Of a stretch of 64,000 nt of DNA, positions 13,101 through 25,023 are shown one piece after another. The stretch is from positions 15,756,655-15,820,654 of the forward strand of contig NC_134033.1 of NCBI RefSeq assembly GCF_964204645.1, written 5' to 3'. The translations under genes and the position numbers were made by a program. This DNA is from Tubulanus polymorphus (taxonomy: Eukaryota; Animalia; Nemertea). The stretch's first letter is position 1. Each line of letters starts with the position of its first letter. Below the pieces are notes generated by a model. The model was given only the letters and a program-made list of their open reading frames with translations. It was not told the DNA's origin and ran no database searches.

Positions 13101-16100
13101 AGATGGATTAAAGTCGTTTCTTTCTGTTTCACAAATGAATGTTGTATGCGTTTGTATAATTTGACACGGGAATCGAACCCAGTTCGCTGATCCTCGTGGA
13201 TTATTCAGTATCATCGCCGTACACGGCATATTGACGTCATTTATCGGTTGTTTTAGTAGAGGAGATATCAATCCTAGAATAACATCTGGTATTGTTTCAT
13301 TAACAGCAGGTTTAAACCACTCTGTGTAACTCAATGGTTTCCCTTCAGACCACGAGTAATAACCACTGGACTCCTTTAAAAACAAACAAACATGTGTTAT
13401 ACTGAATATTCTTTTTAGATTGTTCTTTTATTTTAGAAATAACTCAATATCTCAACCCGTGGTGAGAAAATTAATCACAATTTCCAAATGTTTATGATAA
13501 AATAAATTGCATGTTACCTGCCATTTCAATCCAATCATCACAATAAGCCCCGCCTGTGAATATGCCTCATGAAGCAGTTTTGTAGCGAACAGCTTTTTTA
13601 CGGCCATCATTTCATGTTGAGAGTTGATACTGAGAAGATGTCCTCCATATTTCTGATGACAGTAAATTTCAGCGTTCTCCCAATTCAGACGTTCATGTTT
13701 GATGTATCTAATACACGAAACGCCTGAATCTAGAAAATCTGATCGGCAGCCATTGCTTCTATGTTTCAGTAAAGGTGATTGTTCTAAAGTGTATTGAATT
13801 TGAAATATTGGCATGAACTTTGACAGCTCAAAATACAGGTCATACCCGAGTAGACTGTACAATACAAGTCCTGTTACTGCGTTATTTTCACATAATTTTG
13901 TTATATGACGGGTTTCTGTAAACGCGGAAAATAAATCGTTTGGATCATCAAATATTTTGATAATTTGTGTCAGTAATATTGATTCCCTGGTGTGGTGACT
14001 AGTAGATTTAGAGCATGATGTTTGTCCGATAAATTTAAACAGGAATCTGATGTAATTACTTATATGCATGTCGGTAGAAAAAGAAAAAACATAGAACAAT
14101 TGTGCAGTACCGGTAGGTAATCCAGGGAAGTTAAGTGACTGCACGAGTCCACAATAATCTATCTCATTCCTTCCACCAATAGCGGCCGGAAAGCCTCGTT
14201 TTAATTTCTGACATTTACGCCGTAATACTATCATTAGTGGTGAACTCCAGAATTCATATTTAGTGCGCAATAATTTCACGTGGTTTAATACGAGACCGGT
14301 ATTTAACACGTGACCATTGAGACTTAACGCTGAACAGGGATTCATACCTTTACGATAACAACTGTCAATTTGATATTCATGTTCTGATAATACATCTATG
14401 TTTTCTATCGGTAGGCGTCGATTTTCAGGTGTAATCACGAGACAATGTGACGTCATAGTGATCTGACGTTCTTTTCCCCGTAGAACATACCCGTCACAGT
14501 TAGTAGGAGCAAACTTGAAAAAAACAGTTGCTAGTAGATCATGCCAGTTGTAAGCGTATGTTACTACAGTAACCGGTCCTCCTGATGTAATCAGACTCAC
14601 AACAGATCGACCATAGTTTCCCAGACCAGCAGCAGGACAATACGGACCATAGCGTCTAGCTGTAAAATTACCACCATCATATATATAAAATCCAGCTCTC
14701 TCACAATTCTCTGATAAAACTGTTAGTTTAAATCCAGACTCATAGATGTCGATTTTCGAGCTGAGTGCAAATCTACTGATACGATATTGTAACTTCTGTT
14801 TTGAATATCTGGGGAACAGATTAGAATGTGACACTTCATGGTGATACAGCACCTACAACAGATTTAAACATAATGCGAGTCATCATTAATCACAATTAAA
14901 ATGTTAATGATTTATATTAAAAAATTATAAATCGGTAAAATGTTTCGTTAAAACTTAGAGATTGTATCATCATCTTATTGGTTTGAAAACAAACTAAAAT
15001 CACTACAATGAATTCACCACATATTTTCGTGCTGTTTTACTCACTTTTTTATTTTCCACTTTGACGTCTGTTTCTTTCAATGATTCTATTTTGTATTCGA
15101 TCAATGTTGAATTTCTAAACGATTTCCCGACAAAATTCTCTGATAACAGTAAACACAATATCACGAGAAATCCGTCAGATTTTATACTTAAAGATTCCAG
15201 GTAGTTTTTACCGAGTAAAATATCAGTTCCGACAACCGTTAAACCTTCCAGTTTATAAACACCGATGACGTCATCGGAAGTGACGAGATCACGTGACCAG
15301 TTGAAGACGACGTACTGCAGTATTTCAGCTGTGATAGACCAGCAGTATAAGCGTTTAGACTGAGTTATTACGTGCGGCCTATCACCAGGTATGAGCACTC
15401 CGGATTTGTGTTTGTAGATCGGAATCGATGGATTAGAAATATTCCAATCTGATATTCTATACATATTAACGAATAGATTAGATTTGAGGTATAATCGGAC
15501 CTGTTTCATTGAAAAAGTGACGATAGCTTCGTTAGTTTTCGTGTAAATAGAGATGGGCGGATGTCCGGTTTGTTCCCGTATATTCATTATAGGTTCACTT
15601 GTGTTCCATCCGTCATAAATCTGAACGGTCACATGTAAACCTGCTTGTTCGAATCTAAAATCTATTTTCTCAAAAGTCAAATTCATACCGAATCCCTCTG
15701 GTATCCAAGACCACTCCAGCCGGAAGAGGCTACAAAATCTATCCATGTAGATGGCAAATTTGTAACCAGTTTTAACAGTTTGTAATGGTTTTATATATTT
15801 TGAGGAACAGTCGTGAACAGTTTTCAGATGTTTTTGCTCCAAACGATAAAATACATAAACTCGACTTCCTTTCACAACATCATTTACATCACTCTTAAAC
15901 ATCAACGATAATGAATTACTGCGGTAAATATCTAATCGTTTTCCATCACCGCACAGTAAGTTATCAGAATCGCTGATGTGAAGATAGTTATCTCTACAGA
16001 ATATAGACGGCTCGATGTCGTAGTAAACTTGGACGCGAAAGGTACCCGGTAAAGAGCTGTTGACGAACCAATAACATTCAAATCCGCGCGTAAACGACGG

Positions 16101-16271
16101 ATAATTCGGTGAAACGATGTAACCGGACGTAGAATCGAGTGAAAACCACGTATTGTTACACGGTGAACTGACAGTTACAGACGGTTGATCGGTAGAGATC
16201 CGATCAGTCGTCTGAACCGACGACAGTTTCATTAGTAGAATGAGTAATAACGTTAAGAGACTGCGCGTCAT
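10149..16271 (-). CDS. GRL101-like CUB/CTLD/LDLa/LRR GPCR, copy 2; exons 16271-15045, 14852-13518, 13373-10149 (~1928 aa)
   Basis: Paralogous ORFs with the same phase-0 splice positions as copy 1; all frames open. Confidence 0.9.
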
Positions 16272-16827
16272 GTTGACATTCTCCTCGATCAGTTTAACTC
16301 TAACTACAGCGAATAGATTTTAATCCAATGAATGTAGGGCGTTTCCCAGTGAATATGGATAGAGCTGGATGAGACTGACTCGGACTACACGGCGACCGTA
16401 AAAAGAAATTCAATAATCTACGAAACCGAATTAATGATTAACGAGATTTAAACGAGGTGTAAAAATATAATTCGATATTTTGTGCCGAGTCAGTTTTATA
16501 TTAATAAAATTTCAAAAATTTCTACATTCAAGATTTCTCAATTATTTCCAATAGTACAACTAGCTTGTCGTGAGGCTATGCTCGTCGTTAGCGGGTTTTC
16601 TAGACGCTTACTTCAGTCGACAGTGGCAAACTTGAGGAGCACGCGTTGGTTGCCTGAGTCGATTCACATTCGTGTATGAAAATCGCGCTAACGATGAGTT
16701 AGCGGTAGCTACCTCCCTTCATTTCCAGTAGGAATCAATCATCGAACAGTGTCTTGAGAAACCACGATATGTGCGACATTAAGCAAAAAAACAATTTAAT
16801 GTATGTAAACACACACAATTTGTTAAT

Positions 16828-17304
16828 ACAGTCGACCCCCGATATATCGCCCTCTACCGCCACCCCCGCCTACTGCCAGGTTTTCTCAATGTACATCTCA
16901 ATACAAATACATAGTAAGACACCCCTGATATACCGCCCTCCCATATACCGCCACCCCCGCCTACTGCCAGGTTTTCTCAATGTACATCTCAATACAAATA
17001 CATAGTAAGACACCCCTGATATACCGCCCTCCCATATACTGCCACCCCCGCCTACTGCCAGGTTTTCTCAATGTACATCTCAATACAAATACATAGTAAG
17101 ACACCCCTGATATACCGCCCTCCCATATACCGCCACCCCCGCCTACTGCCAGGTTTTCTCAATGTACATCTCAATACAAATACATAGTAAGACACCCCTG
17201 ATATACCGCCCTCCCATATACCGCCACCCCCGCCTACTGCCAGGTTTTCTCAATGTACATCTCTATACAAATGCATAGTAAGACACCCCCGATATACCGC
17301 CCTC
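16828..17304. repeat. 91-bp tandem repeat, ~5 copies, beginning with a TA|CAGTCGACCCCCGATA MITE-like end
   Basis: cacccccgcctactgccagg recurs at 16861, 16952, 17043, 17134 and 17225. Confidence 0.95.
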
Positions 17305-17465
17305 GGGGTCATTCATTTATTACGTACGCATTAGGGGAGGGGGAGGGGTCAGTGCAATTGCGTACTGTAATGCTTAATGTATACGAAAAATGGCCGATTT
17401 TGCGTACAGAGAGGGAGGGGTTGAAAAATTCAAATTTTATGCGTACGTAATTAATGAATGATCCC
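17305..17465. mobile_element. MITE with 27-bp TIRs and a 3-bp TSD (CTC), PIF/Harbinger-like
   Basis: ggggtcattcatttattacgtacgcat...atgcgtacgtaattaatgaatgatccc (25/27 match); ctc on both flanks; interrupts the last 91-bp unit. Confidence 0.8.
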
Positions 17466-17643
17466 CTCCCATATCAGGAGTTATCTGTACGTACATGTAC
17501 ATGACACGTTTTTAACAAAAAAGAATAACCCTAAATACATATTTTCAATGCACAAAATATTAAGTGTCAGAATAAGGTCGGGTTCAAATGTTGCTGGTGT
17601 TTCAGTAAATTTGTCTGCTCGTCATGCAAATACAGCACGCGTA

Positions 17644-19790
17644 TCATCCCTCGCGATGCGAATGCACGGCCGCCAGGTGGCGCTGTAGGTACGCTTCGCT
17701 TTTGAACTGTTTATCGCAAATCGAGCAGCGACGCTGCTTTTTATTCAGCACGCGACACGCGACGCGCCGGTGACCGGTCAGGTGACATTTTTGCGAGAAG
17801 GACTTGCCGCACGCGTCGCAGAGGAACGGTTTGATTCGATCGTGCACGACGCTGTGTCTACGCAGACGACCGACCGTCGGGAACAGCTTCCCGCATGAGT
17901 CGCAGCTGTAGAATACATCCGACCCCGACCGTTCGACGCCCGGTCTCTTCGAACCAGAGTGAATTTTCAAATGTCCTTTCAAATGGCATTTCTGCGCGAA
18001 TTTCTTACCGCATTCGTCGCACTGCCAGCGTTTAATTCCCGTATGACTGTCGAGATGGCGCTCTAGTCGACTGCGGGTCGGAAATCGCTTCCGACAATCC
18101 GGCGCTGCGCATTCGAATTGACCGCCGTCGATCAGCGCCCCCTGTTGATCGTCGCCGCTGAAATCGTTGATCGATTCCGGGTTGGCTTCGCGTTTCGAGT
18201 GCCGTATTAAATGGTCGTGAAAATCGTTGAGATATTTAAATCGCAACGAGCAGATTTTACACGAGATCGGATCATCGTCGCCGGTCGACCGTTCGAGTAA
18301 GAATTCGTGGAGAACGTCGTCGCAAGTCGAACACGATTTCATCGATATCGAATGTTCCGATAATAGATGACCGGATAATTCTAACCGAAACGCGCACTCG
18401 AAATCGCAATGATGACACAATTGTCGAACCGTCGAGTCGAAACCCGCGCTTTCCTCTTCTGACTTGCAATCTGCAGAAAGTAAAAACAAGTTCGTTGTAA
18501 CACAGTTTCACTAATAGTTCTCTTTGTATCAAGTCAATGGACCTTATTAGGCCCAATAAATCATCATGTACTTGATACCAATATTAATAATAGTTTTAAG
18601 CACAGACTTTCTAAAGTAATGGAGCTGAAACGTTTTATCAAAACGCCAGTTTTCAACTGAATTAAAATAACAATTCACTATTGTAAATATAAGAATTTGG
18701 AACGAGATTCACTCAAACTCATGATTATAGCGTCCGTTGTTTCGAGGAATTCAGCCGTCAACGTTTCTTCGTTCTTTTCTTCTTCAGCGCGATAAACACC
18801 GGCGACCGAATTCAGCCGATTTGTTTTAGGTTCGTTGTTTACAACAATTTCATCTACAACAAAAATATCATACGTTAATCATAACAAGTGTATACCAGCT
18901 GGGTTTTCAGTGGCTAGGCCAGGGTAAAAAGAAGTACTTAGAAGGACTTTTTCAGCAATTTAAGACCCAAAAGGAGGGAGGGACTTGTGGACTCGGAAAG
19001 AAGTACTTTCCAGTAAAATGAGGGCCCATAAAGGAGCATTTTCGCAATGCCTTTGCCCGAATACTCGTCATGTAGACCAGTCATATATTTCAGGGTAAAT
19101 CCATAACACTTTCCTGTATATTCAATATTACTGATAATTGAATTACCAGGCCCGAGTAATGAAATACTTCAACAGTCGTATTCGCGACAAAATTGCGCGC
19201 GAAAATTCATAAAAATTAAATTTGGAAGGACTTTTTCATCAAAAGGAAGGATTTAGATTCAAAAAGAAGGACAAAGATGATGTTTGTCCAAACTTTTTCC
19301 AAAAGGACTTGGAGGGACTGCTGGAAACCCTGTACCAGATAGATATACCAAAAAGATAAATTTTGAAAATAAACAATATCCTAAGTCGTTGTTCTTTGAC
19401 TCACTTTCAACTCGGCGATTTCGACGTCGACATTCCGACCACTTGCACCAAGTCACCTCGTCAACACTCGCGACGAATTTCTCCAAGATCTCCGGACATG
19501 ATTTCAGAGTACTGACGATTAGTTCTTCGGGAATATCTGTTACGAAATAGGAGGAACGCAACGATCATGTCGTCTTTTTATAAAAAAAACAAAACTTAAG
19601 ATAGATTAGTCTGAACACCAGTCGTTGTTACCGGTTCCCTGTAGAACAGAAGTTCAAGTTTACTTCGTGGATAAAAAATTATGCAATCAAACAGAACAGC
19701 AGAAGTAGTAGACATGAGAATTTAATTTTTTTTTAAACTCCTTTTAGGCTTTAGTCGCTGGGATCACAAAAACTCACCAAACCAAACCAT
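17644..19790 (-). CDS. C2H2 zinc-finger protein (~7 fingers); probable exons 19790-19778, 19536-19405, 18853-18719 (or -18713), 18470-17644
   Basis: Last exon encodes C-x2/4-C-x12-H-x3/4-H fingers with TGIKR / DRIKPF linkers. Upstream exons join in phase 1 through GT-AG introns (MVWF/DIPEEL...). The 5' exons are less certain than the finger exon. Confidence 0.8.
18899..19332. mobile_element. Intronic non-autonomous DNA element with 6-bp TSD
   Basis: TIR ctgggttttcag / ctggaaaccctg; taccag duplicated at 18893-18898 and 19333-19338. Confidence 0.6.
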
Positions 19791-20010
19791 GCTTTTTCTT
19801 TTAATCTTCAGCTCAATCTAACTTTCATTCGGTCAAGAGTCGATGATTTAATTCGTAAAACTTTTGGAATTTTTCCGCTAAACCATGGGCGCCGCCATTT
19901 TGTCCACGGAATTGGTCATGTGATCTGCCCGTTAACTGGTTCCTAATCAAGAGAAACTGACGCCAGTTACACTCGGATTCGAATCCCGCATTTTCTCAAA
20001 CAACATGGCG
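19791..20010. promoter_or_regulatory. Bidirectional promoter between the zinc-finger gene and CMC1, with YY1-type motifs
   Basis: Divergent ATGs ~215 bp apart; gccgccattttg at ~19891 and aacatggcg over the CMC1 ATG match the YY1 consensus CGCCATnTT in opposite orientations. Confidence 0.6.
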
Positions 20011-21074
20011 ACCGCTTGTGATACTTCGCAACAAGAAGATGATCTTACAGTTCTAGCGGGTAATCTTGGCGGTGGACCGAAAGGCTTAGGTATGAACTAC
20101 GTTTTCTAAATATGTTTTCTTTCATTGGCTCAGGTCAAATTATTTCCTAACGTGCCTTATTCTCCAAAATCATAGATATTCGGTGAATAATACGCCATCG
20201 AGCACCCTAAAATACGGAATTGGACTCGCACTGCTAACTTGTGCGATTTTTGATATTTTTTAGGAGACCCGGACAGTAGATTATTACGGAGAGTTGAAAG
20301 AGAAATATTGATACCGAAAAAAATGAAGAAAAAAGCGCACGAAGTCCATTGCAAAGAAATAGTTGATGGTTCGTTAAAAATGTGGCATTTTTGGAAGCAG
20401 AAATGTAGAGAATTTATATTTTTCAATGAATAATCATCTATTTATTTCTTTACAGCTTTGACGAAATGTGGCAAAGAAAGTGGTTTATTTTTACCATTTT
20501 TGTGTCGAAAAGAAAATAAAGCGTTGGAACAATGTTTAGACAAGTGGTAATGATAATTTTATCGAGTTGGATAACAGTGTTGTACCTAAAGCATCTGATA
20601 TTTTTTTTTAGTGGGGCCAAAGAAACCCGAAAAAGAGCAGTTCTATAACAATAACATTTTCGACAAGGGCACTTTTCCAAAATTTCTTGCAGGGGGGCAA
20701 CATGTTTTTGAAGAAAAATCCGACAATTATTATTAAGAAAAACTAAGTAGACCTTAATTTGAGTTGAGTTGATACTCAATTCTATCAGCCATTTTCAAAA
20801 CGTTTTTGAAAATGGCTCATACAATTGAGTTAAAACGCCACTATTCCCTTAGTTTCTCTCCATAATTGTCGGTTTTATTCCTTAATTGAATTACAGACAG
20901 TCACTTGTATATGGCATTCAACTCTTAGGGTTTTTTTTTTGTTTTAATCATTTTAGGTATCACAATAAAGATTTCGTAGATGAATGCACCCAGGAGTACC
21001 TAGCAGAGAGGGCTGAATACCGACGCACCGGAATTAAACAAAAACAACATAAAAAAGAAGTCACCGGATTTTAA
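20005..21074 (+). CDS. CMC1: COX assembly mitochondrial protein (twin-Cys CMC family); exons 20005-20089, 20264-20368, 20456-20546, 20957-21074 (132 aa)
   Basis: Spliced product ...GDPDSRLLRRVEREILIPKKMKKKAHEVHCKEIVDALTKCGKESGLFLPFLCRKENKALEQCLDKWYHNKDFVDECTQEYLAERAEYRRTGI... follows the CMC1 pattern (DP...LR.VE...LIPK, two CX9C, EYL.ER...R.TGI). Mostly missed by the ORF track. Confidence 0.92.
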
Positions 21075-21222
21075 TGATTTCTCAAGTCGTGATACGAGTC
21101 AAACTCCGTAAAAGTTGAAAAGCTGGGATCATTGACGACTTTTATCCATTTGAGACTGAAAATTAGAGACAAATTCAGTGATGTGACTTTTTTATCAATG
21201 ATGATTTCACCGAGTTTGAGTA

Positions 21223-21559
21223 CAGTAGAATCCGCTTAATTCGGATCATTTTGGGACCAACAAAATTCATCCGATTTACGAGAAATCCGCATTAAAAAGT
21301 CATTTTCTTGTATATTAATGAACAAATGGACTGCAAATATTGTCCAGATTAGACCATTATCCGGATTAAGCTGATCCGGATTAAGCAGGTTTGACTGCAC
21401 AGTCCAACCCGGTTAATCTGGATCGGCTTAATCCGGATATTGGTCTAATCCGGACAATATTTTCCGGATTAAAAAGTCATTTTCTTGTATATTAATGAAC
21501 AAATGGACTGCAAAAATTGTCCGGATTGGACTGTAATCCGGATTAAGCGGTTTTGACTG
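21223..21559. mobile_element. Two adjacent Tc1/mariner(pogo)-type MITEs
   Basis: TA|cagtagaatccgcttaat...ttaagcaggtttgactg followed by cagtccaacccggttaat...ttaagcggttttgactg|TA; shared internal sequence rich in atccggatta. Confidence 0.7.
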
Positions 21560-22406
21560 TAGTTTCTTGATGTCTGCTGAACTTGTGTGGAATATTTCAA
21601 AACTATCGGGAAAATCGATTGTGATACTATGTACATATTGCAGTATGTGTAGAAATGATAGGATTAGGAATAAAGATTTAAGTGATTTTGTGAGAAGGTT
21701 TTTGTTTCGCGTCAGTCAATATTTTACGACCGATTGCAATACGGTGGAAAAGGCGTAAAAAGCGAATCTTGTGGCCAAAAATGAAATCATCGTGTATTAA
21801 AAACGGGTTTCGTCTACGAGGTTCAACTGTATGATTCGTTTGCCCGGAGGTTCAGGCGAGGAGTCGTTCTTCGCCAAATAGGCCAATTTTGAGCTAGTTC
21901 AACAGTGTTCCTTTTTAAAACAGACCCTGTACTACAGTCGTGACGACTGTACTTCCTTTAAAAAATGGTTTTAAATCAGAAAACTGGTTTGTGCGTTTAA
22001 GATGCTCACAGAACTGAAACGTTTCGACCGGACTTAAATCTGATTGGCGCACTTGAACCGGGACCAGTTCCACCGCTTGTCAATGACAGTCAACTCCGAG
22101 TCAAATCTTGAAACCAGGTCCAGAAGACTTACCACGACTAGCGGTATTTACTAACTAGATTTGAGTGCTTGATAGTCCGCTGCGAATGAAGCGTATGCAC
22201 TTATTGTCGTCGTATTGATTTTCGGTGACATTTTAGAATTGACGACACGGTCATAAAATGTTCTATATTGATTTATCGACTGGTAGATATCGATACTGAT
22301 CCAAATAATAACAGCGCCACACCCTTCATAAATACATAAACACATGTATATCGTTCAGCTCTATTTGACCTTAGCTGCAGGAAATCAGAACGGGGGGTTG
22401 GTTCAA

Positions 22407-22648
22407 ACTGTGGAACTGAATCAAATTAAACCCACACAACTGTGGAACTGGGTCCCGAGTCAAATTAAACAACAAACACAACTGTGGAACTGGGTCCCGA
22501 GTCAAATTAGACTCACGCAACTGTGGAACTGGGTCCAGCGTCAAATTAGACCCACACAACTGTGGAACTGGGTCCCGAGTCAAATTAGACCCACACAACT
22601 GTGGAATTGGGTCCCGAGTCAAATTAAACCCACTGTGGAACGGGGTCC
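22407..22648. repeat. ~39-bp minisatellite (caactgtggaactgggtcccgagtcaaatta...), ~6 copies
   Basis: Direct repeats; these explain the repetitive ORF 22344-22829. Confidence 0.9.
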
Positions 22649-23695
22649 ATTAAACATTTGTGGAAATGGATCCAAGAATCATATTACCCAAGTAAAACTG
22701 ACTCATTGTCAACTTATGATCAGAAACATTTCAAGGTCGAAAGTTTTGCCCACGAAACGGAAAGGAAATGCGGAATTAGACCGGGAGGGACTCAATGCAC
22801 CAGAGATTGACGTCAATCGGTGTGAATGATAGAATCATCAATACATATTTGCGTAGTCCGTCCGTTTTGAGAAAGGCGGATATTAGAACCAGGCGGCGGA
22901 TTACGGGAATTAAGGGCGTATGAAAATAAGAAACCTCTTATCATCAGTATAAATCACCTTCCCTTGACTGCGTGACGCACATCGTGGATTACAGCCATAA
23001 CAAACAATATGATGAAAATCAGAGAAAAAATAGTCAGTAAATTTTCTTGAAATACATAAGAAAACTAACTTGAAAGTTTATCCACGCCTTAAAAAATAAC
23101 ACACATCGACAATGAATATTATAATATGAATTTATTACGGTTTAAAGGATCAACATGTTGAATATATCGATAATTGAATTGAATTGACTTGACAACCAGT
23201 CTTCTAGCCCCGATGTATTGATGTAGTTGTGCGCATGCGCTTAAAATGTAACGAAAATAGAATAACATATAAAATTACAAAATAAACGCCAAATAATTGT
23301 GATTGTAATTTTGAAACGCTAATATTGATGACGTAGTGCACATCGACTCCCGCTGAGAAACCCCTTAAATAACTAGGTATCAAATGTATATAAACATCAG
23401 TGTAACGGTTTTTACGGCATCAAAAAAAACGTGATTCACGCGCAGCCGATGATAAAATACACTATTTCGTAAATACGAAATTTACAATAATTGTCACGGG
23501 GACAATGTTGCTAATTTTCTTTGAAATCAATTTGATAACATCATTTACGCTTCGAAACCCGGAATGAGCAATTAATCTATTCATAAATGATTAGTAGGTG
23601 TTTAAACCGACCTATTGGGAAATTCAGTTTAACTTGTAATAAACTCTAGAATTTCGCCATTGATAAAACACTATATCCGCGTTGTGGCGATAATG

Positions 23696-23860
23696 CACAA
23701 AAATGATGCGAAAATTAAGTCCGAAAATGTTTCCTTAAGCTGGTAGTTTTTTCAACGTTTCGGCTATATCCTGATAGTCATCTTCAGGATAGTCTCGAAA
23801 CATCGAATAAAATACCAGCTCAACGAAACATTTTCGGACTTTTTTTCGTCATTATTGTGG
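23696..23860 (-). mobile_element. Inverted-repeat element with a hammerhead-type core on the minus strand (stem I degenerate)
   Basis: Minus strand reads CTGAAGA-t-gactat-caggat-atagcc-GAAA-cg-TT, flanked by inverted agtccgaaaatgtttc / gaaacattttcggact arms. Confidence 0.65.
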
Positions 23861-24169
23861 GATTCTCGTTATATTCTAGTATTGCATAGTTTGGACTACT
23901 ACTCGCGGACAATGTTCTACCATCTATTGTCATCGGTAACAATTTGGAACCAAATCGACGTAAACATCATAATAACAAATTAACGCAATTAACTAATTAA
24001 CGTAATCAACTATACTTAGATGTAGAAATAATTAGTTGATTAACTGTGCATCAAACGGATTCTGTTTTGGCGGTTAGCGCGGCGGCGCTGAGCGGAGGAT
24101 GATCTGTGACTTATTCATCAAACAAAGACACTAGTGTTTGATGAGATATTCAGTTGCTCATGAGACACG

Positions 24170-24430
24170 AGAGCATCGAGACTTCACAACCTATAGATTA
24201 CACAGCAAGGATTCGGGGTCATTCAGACATCTACGCGCAACAAGAACTTCGGGACATTGAGACATCACATCTATAGTTTAGATCTACGTACAACAAGGAG
24301 CCAGGGACATTGATACATCAAATGTATAGCTTAAACCTACATACATCAAGGACTCGGAGTGAGACATCACATCTGTTGAGAAGACCTACATACAGCAAGG
24401 ACTGACCGGGACATTGAAATATCACATCTA
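24170..24430. repeat. Degenerate ~55-bp tandem repeat
   Basis: Recurring caagga...gggacattgagacatcacatcta. Confidence 0.6.
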
Positions 24431-24765
24431 GACTCCATTTTACCGCGAAAACTCCGGGTAAAACTAATCAAGAAACGGTAAGGGATTCATGTTGGTGATT
24501 TGTGCCCACTAAATGATACTATTTCTAGGTTAATTGACCCGGCCTCCCTCGTCTACTTACGACGGTACGTATACTTCCGTGTCAAAGACTCATCGCTACT
24601 GGAATACCTGTCGTTAATGTTAATACGAGCGTGAAACTTTCACTACCACCGGAGAAGGAAGCGAAACTGTTGTGTAGCCCATGATAGAATAAAATCCTGT
24701 ATTTAGTTCACGGCAGTACCGTCGTGAATGTCAGCTGTTTCTATTTGAAATGAGTGGCTCTATTT

Positions 24766-25023
24766 AGGGGTGGATTTAGAAGGTGGTCTCGTGGACCCCT
24801 TCTTCCGATTGAGGTGGCCCATTTCATCGAGAAACTGATATCTTTAAAACATACTGCAAATATGACTATCATCCTTGAAGAAATAGCATATTTTCAGTTG
24901 CGTTTCTTAGCAAATATCTAATACCGAAGTTGGGATCTCTATTAGTAGCCTATGACAAGAATGCTCGGAAAAATGCATTTTCTTCTTGACCCAAGCCTTC
25001 TGAATTTCCTAGATCCGCCACTG
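24766..25023. mobile_element. MITE-like element of the (CAG)TGGCGGATCTAG family; relatives near 25960, 26809-27178 and 38010-38271
   Basis: ggggtggatttag...ctagatccgccactg inverted ends; ggatccgccc ends recur in the window. Confidence 0.5.

Larger units (their letters stand above)
1..16500. repeat. Tandem segmental duplication: ~1-7790 matches ~8780-16500 (offset 8779 bp at the left end)
   Basis: Position 1 (tacggatgactgcgccagaa) matches 8780 (tacgaatgactgcgccagaa). Homology continues through both genes and ~230 bp upstream of the ATGs, except within intron 1. Confidence 0.97.

Noticed and set aside
22344-22829. 161-aa ORF with LWNWVPSQI repeats (likewise ORFs at 34797-35253)
   Set aside because: Produced by a minisatellite whose unit is a multiple of 3; the motif is a dispersed non-coding repeat.
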